This document shows positions 59,701 to 64,000 of a stretch of DNA of 64,000 bases, one piece after another. The DNA is from Amoebophrya sp. A120 (Eukaryota > Protista > Dinoflagellata). Location: the NCBI GenBank assembly GCA_905178155.1, contig CAJINV010000003.1:10917367-10981366 (forward strand), given 5' to 3'. The notes under the pieces are model-generated. The model saw only the letters and a list, made by a program, of their open reading frames with translations. It was not told the origin of the DNA and searched no databases. The stretch's first letter is position 1. Each line of letters begins with the position of its first letter. A program made the translations under genes and the position numbers.

Positions 59701-61372
59701 GTGGGGCGATTGATAAAAACAGCGGCTGCAAACAATACCCATAGCAGGGCAGGCGATTCGGCGGCAGCTGGCCTGCCGCGCGAAGCCCCTGCCCCCTCTC
59801 CGCCCGAACGCCAGGCCTAGGCCCAGGATCGGCCGCAGCCGTCCCACAAGCTGGCCAGATCGGCGCAGAGGCTGAGGGGAGGGCGCTGCCCAAGGTCTGC
59901 ACCGGTGCGCGCCCCTGACCCTACCCGGAGGCCCCCCGCGCCCGAATCTGGCTGGCTCCAGCGCGCTGCCGGCCTCGCCAAACTTTCGCCAGAGCTTGGT
60001 GTGACAGCTGCCCGAAGGCGCGTAGGCGTATAGGGGCTATGTATAGGGTTGCTCTCATGGATGTGCACAGGCGCGCCAGCATGAGGTAAAAGATGGCGCA
60101 AAAGCGCCTGCTTCCGCACAAAAACATGCCCGAGGTGCAAAGTTGTGAAATAGTAAAAAGCGGTCAGATTCTGACGAAAAGGAGACCCCTGACCTCTAGA
60201 GGTCTGGGGTCTCCTTTGGGGTCTCCTTTTGCCACTTTTGGCTCGTGATTCAAGATAGAAGTTGTGGAACCTCTAGAGGTCAGGGGTCTCCTTTGTCGTC
60301 TCCTTTCGAGAATAGCATGGCGATTGGAAGCAGAAAAAGCCCCGCAGGAAACTCGACCTCTAGAGGTCAGGGGTCTCCTTTGTGGTCTCCTTTTCGTCAG
60401 AATCTCGCCCTGTTTGCAGTTTCAATAAAGTAGGCCAAAAAAGGCCCGACCTCTAGAGGTTTTGGTCTCCTTAGGGGTCTCCTTTGGGGTCTCATCGGCT
60501 GTAGTGCCACCGTGCAAGGTGTTGCCTATAGGTTTTTGTCTCCTTGTTCGTCAGGTCTTTGGTCTAGTTGGTTGCAGTCTATAGTTCTCTTGGGTACTTT
60601 CGGCGGAGTAGGGGTTCCAAATCCAGTGACGACTGGGGGTAGCGACGATATTACCAGCGGCATCGATAGAACCCTAGTGGAAATAGTACCATCTGCGGAG
60701 GACACGACGGCTGCCCCTGTTGGAATGAACTTCATCGGCCAGATGAACGGAGAGTCCAGTGCGCCCAGAGGACCGCTGCACAACACTGCGGCGCAGTTGA
60801 ATGACCAATCGATGCACCATGTTAATCATACGTCAACACTTGATGATGAAGAGAGGAGGTTTATTGTTCCGAGTGAAAGCAGAAAGGCCAAGGGTGAAGA
60901 TGGTCACGTTGACAGCACCAGCACGACTATTCCTTTTATTGCACATGATCCTGACAGTTTTCCTCGTCCTGCTCCCACCGTTGATGCGGATGCGTTGAGC
61001 CTGCACATGAGCCAACAGCCCCTGCTCAAGATCCCGCTACCGCTGGATGACTCCCCGCCATTGCGGAGTGAGGGGGTCAGCAAGCTCCTAGCGGAATGGG
61101 AATTTGACGACGACGAAGATGCGGAACTCATTGAGCTGCAAGGCTACAGGACGAACCACGAGGAAGTTCTTGACAACCATGACACGGGTTCCTTTATTGC
61201 TGGGAGGTCGACGTTGACGCTCCATCGACCGGAAGAGTCCTCCGCGAGCGAAGAAGAGGACAATGCTGCAACTACGACGCACGCCGAGACTGAGGACGCG
61301 GTCGGTTTTTTTGGTACGTCGTCATCAACCGGCGCACGTGGCAGAAGTAGGAATCGTTTTTCGCGGGATTGA
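53777..61372 (+). CDS. Major facilitator superfamily (MFS)-like transporter with a very large central cytoplasmic insertion
   Basis: Two TM bundles: N-half (LMSVYVLVLFAGDPRNAGVVLMVSGLTRALSGVVTG...) and C-half (DLLNAVATGFSGKLIPLFLVQHYGFSP...LRAKLVSYLP...GGYRFCFALT). Several in-frame joins across TIR introns. Confidence 0.7.
54473..54678 (+). mobile_element. Non-canonical TIR intron
   Basis: DR CCAT; CATATCCA / TGGATATG and ACAAATTTCCC / GGGAATTTGT; splicing gives TYHQAEEFRDD. Confidence 0.75.
55261..55532 (+). mobile_element. Non-canonical TIR intron, family A (272 nt)
   Basis: DR TTCTTT; perfect IR TGCAAATATGTCTGGGTCTGGAAGA / TCTTCCAGACCCAGACATATTTGCA; splicing gives TCFFDQRFEMR. Confidence 0.85.
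55596..55907 (+). mobile_element. Non-canonical TIR intron, family C
   Basis: DR TCCTC; IR TATGGAAGCGTCAGGTTTGAAATCGTCAAAGTTGAAATA / TATTTCAACTTTGTCGATTTCAATCCTGACACATCCATA; join is in frame with ORF 55962. Confidence 0.9.
58254..58612 (+). mobile_element. Non-canonical TIR intron
   Basis: DR GTTT; TATCCC..CAGAAAAG / CTTTTCTG..GGGATA; splicing gives GAGLFSVLCLPL. Confidence 0.7.
58995..59310 (+). mobile_element. TIR intron, family A (boundaries approximate)
   Basis: AATATGTTTGGGTCTAC / GTAGACCCAGACATATT between MFS exons. A more degenerate copy lies at about 58663-58958. Confidence 0.6.
59681..60641 (+). other. 961-nt insertion/intron bounded by a 43-bp exact duplication of exon sequence
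   Basis: 59638-59680 equals 60599-60641 (encodes FGGVGVPNPVTTGG); ORFs 59320 and 60512 read the duplicate in the same frame. Confidence 0.75.
60166..60492. repeat. Array of GACCTCTAGAGGTC palindromes and GGGGTCTCCTTT motifs
   Basis: Copies at 60191, 60268, 60355 and 60448; 40-bp near-perfect palindrome at 60178-60217; 22-bp IR at 60166-60187 / 60384-60405. Confidence 0.85.
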
Positions 61373-63280
61373 TCAAGCAACAAGCCTGATGCAACCATGG
61401 CAGGGACAGGTTTTGATATTGTCGTACTAGTTTTTTTCTGATTTAAGTACTTAGATAGGTTTTGGTGTCGAGGAGTGTCCCCCGCCGTCAAGAACAACTT
61501 TCTGTTTTTTTATGTATTAAGCAGATTGGCTGACCACGGGGACGGGGCGAAGGCGAAGCTCACGGATGTGCCGCAAAAATACTTATTTCGGACGAGGATG
61601 GTCTTTTCAGATTTATTTTGCAACAACGAAGTGCGAGTGCCTGCTGGTGACCAGCCTTGGGTATTTTCTGTCGCCATTCTTGATTATGATCATTTGGGGA
61701 ATCACCATAGCCCCCCGCTTTGATCGTGTTGGTACGACCACTTGCAGTGGTGTGATGTTCTTCATGTGGCGGAAGTTCGTCGGGGATTAACGCTGTTTTC
61801 TGTATTGTCTAAATGCACATAGAGTGCTTATTTCGTAGTATCATTCGACGATGATGTTTTTCTTTTGTCATTCCGAGCAAGGAAATCAAACGGAGAGATG
61901 GAGGCAGCAGTGGTCATCGGCTTCGCTCAGATGACCGATGACACACGCCTCGATTTTTTTGTTTTTTTGGTGTGTTTTTGATGAAAAATGAGCCACCAGA
62001 AGCAGAATGCAAGGAACGCAAATAGTGCCCACCATAGTTACTAGACTGCGAGACGTATAATTAGATTCAGAGTTCATCTTAGAAGCAAGTGAGACCACAA
62101 GGACCAAAACCTCCACCTGACATCATCTATTGGGGAACTCTTGTGAAGATCTGTTACGCCACCTAAGCCTAACCCATGGCGATCAAAACCGAGGTTCCTC
62201 CAAAGGAGACCATTCCTTTACGGGATGTCTACATCATGATTGGAATCGTTTTCGTCTTCGTTTGCGTCCTGTTTACCGTCCTGACACTTCAGCGTCAGTA
62301 TGACGAGCGCAAATGGGCTGAACGAGAAAAAAAAGCTGTGAAAAAAAGCGAATGACAAAAAGCAGGCCTATTCTGTATTTCGATTCTGCGACTGCAGCAA
62401 GATGGAACCTTGAGCGTAAGCCTCTGGATGTAGAAGTTGTTGAAAAAAGCAATCTTTTGCTCTTTCCGTTCATTGTATCGCTTCGCCGGCTTCTTGTGCC
62501 TAGTCCTCCACCATCATTCATGGACAGTTGTAACAAGGAAGCGCTCAGCGCCCACGATGCGTCCTCCTGTGGCACGTCCCTTCAGATTCTGATAGTGTTC
62601 GAGGAGGAACAATAATTTGTTCGGTCATGATGAAGAACAAGAATATTGATTCTTGCAGCCAATGAAAGTTCTTGTGATGTCGGTTGTTCCAGTATCCCAT
62701 GAAAAGTATTTAGATCCTCGCTGTTTGTTTGCTTTTCTACCAGCGCGTTGAAGCTACACAGTAGCCTCTTTTTGGAAACCAAATTCGTTATGCTCGCCCA
62801 CTCTATCTCCTGTGGCTAGGATCTCCTGTTTGATGTCGTAGTCGTTACCCCCGCCCACGTTATATTAGATTTTGTTTCATTTTATTGATTTTATAATTTT
62901 GCAGAATTCGTCCTAAAAATTCAATGCTATTGATGAAAAAGAAGTTTTCATGTAGTTGTTAGTTTTACTTTTACTTAGCGACACTGCGCTCGTCGTCTTC
63001 ACGCCGATATCCATAACTTTGTATACACTCGTGAGACCACAACTTTCAGTTCAACTACAACAGAACAGACTTCTACGTTTTCTTCGGAGTATTTGTTGTG
63101 AAAAAAAAAGATGCTGCGCTTGTCATTCGTGTGTTTGGCGGGATTGTCCTGCTTACCCTGCTCTGCCATCTCAAATTGTGTGTGAGTCAGCTCGTTCCTC
63201 AGTAATCTGCTGTGGTGCAACAGCGCAGGTGTGCGGTGCATCTTCGCTTTGCAATTGCTACTACTCTTTGCGCCACGAAA

Positions 63281-64000
63281 ATGCAGCAGCGCACGTCACG
63301 GGATCCGTCGAAGTCCTCCTCTGCGGGGTCACAACAAGGGGCCAGCGGAACAAGCTTGTTGGACATCCCAAACCGCGACAGTACCGCCTCCGCAAGTAGT
63401 TCCTCGAAAAGAACACAGCCTACGCCCAAACAGGACTACTTGCGGCGAACCAGCAGCATGCCACACGATTCCCTGCAGGCCCAGGGGGAATACTATCACA
63501 CCTACCTTTGTTTGGACAAAATTCTCGAGGCACAGCACCCAGTAAGTGGGTACCCCGGGGGGGCTCCCGCATCAATCAGCACCACACGAGTGGCGGCCGG
63601 CCCCAGCAGTCCAGCTGAAGGACCGCCTGCACAACTCGTCCACGGAAGTGCTTTATTGCCTTCTTCCCTTTATCACAGTGTTGGCAGTTCGGAGGCGAAA
63701 GCAGCATCTCCCCTCGTGCCTGGGACGAAACTAAGCGGCTGTCCTGGAGGGACTACGGCGCAGCACGTCGATAGTGCGAAGATACCAAGAACGCCACTAC
63801 ATCATGATGATACAGCCGCGACAGCAGGTGCAGCTGGCTCATCTGCACCACAGCTTCCGCAGGGAGTCCAAACTTCCGAAGACGCAGGCAGCATTCCACA
63901 CCAAGTGACACAAACCAGCAACGCGTCGAGGCCTCCAGCGCACGAAGAGATGCTGTTTATTGTGATCCACCAGACCTACGAGCTGTGGTTCAAGCAAATT
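63281..64000 (+). CDS. TDO2: Tryptophan 2,3-dioxygenase, 5' part (runs off the window)
   Basis: Open frame from ATG 63281 to the window end, absent from the supplied ORF track. Contains YYHTYLCLDKILEAQHPVS and AHEEMLFIVIHQTYELWFKQI, the TDO N-terminal signature motifs. Confidence 0.9.
   Translation, partial: MQQRTSRDPSKSSSAGSQQGASGTSLLDIPNRDSTASASSSSKRTQPTPKQDYLRRTSSMPHDSLQAQGEYYHTYLCLDKILEAQHPVSGYPGGAPASISTTRVAAGPSSPAEGPPAQLVHGSALLPSSLYHSVGSSEAKAASPLVPGTKLSGCPGGTTAQHVDSAKIPRTPLHHDDTAATAGAAGSSAPQLPQGVQTSEDAGSIPHQVTQTSNASRPPAHEEMLFIVIHQTYELWFKQI

Noticed and set aside
60191-60492. CRISPR-like array (palindromic repeat with spacers)
   Set aside because: Only four degenerate copies, irregular period (77-93 bp), spacers contain repeat fragments, no cas genes, and it sits in a eukaryotic intron.

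Overview
This is eukaryotic DNA, not prokaryotic. It holds about eight intron-rich host genes, all on the + strand: an EGF/Ig-like multi-pass membrane protein, a type-I membrane protein, a divergent CLC anion channel/transporter, an ABCF ATPase, a secreted protein, a long low-complexity protein, an MFS transporter and the 5' part of a tryptophan 2,3-dioxygenase. Most introns I could resolve are not GT-AG. They are 206-391 nt elements with terminal inverted repeats (cores often TAT...ATA) flanked by 2-7 nt direct repeats, and removing them restores conserved protein motifs in frame. They fall into at least three TIR families that share an internal GCATGACA-like motif. This matches the introner-type introns reported in Amoebophrya (Syndiniales, parasitic dinoflagellates); the taxon is my inference. 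On the - strand (47703-53518) sits a tyrosine-recombinase retrotransposon with identical split direct repeats. Its layout is atypical: ORF order YR-gag(CCCH)-RT, no visible RNase H, and the internal repeat junction upstream of the ORFs. Two large introns carry palindrome arrays. All exon joins were made by eye and need RNA-seq. Intron coordinates run from the base after the left direct repeat to the end of the right direct repeat.
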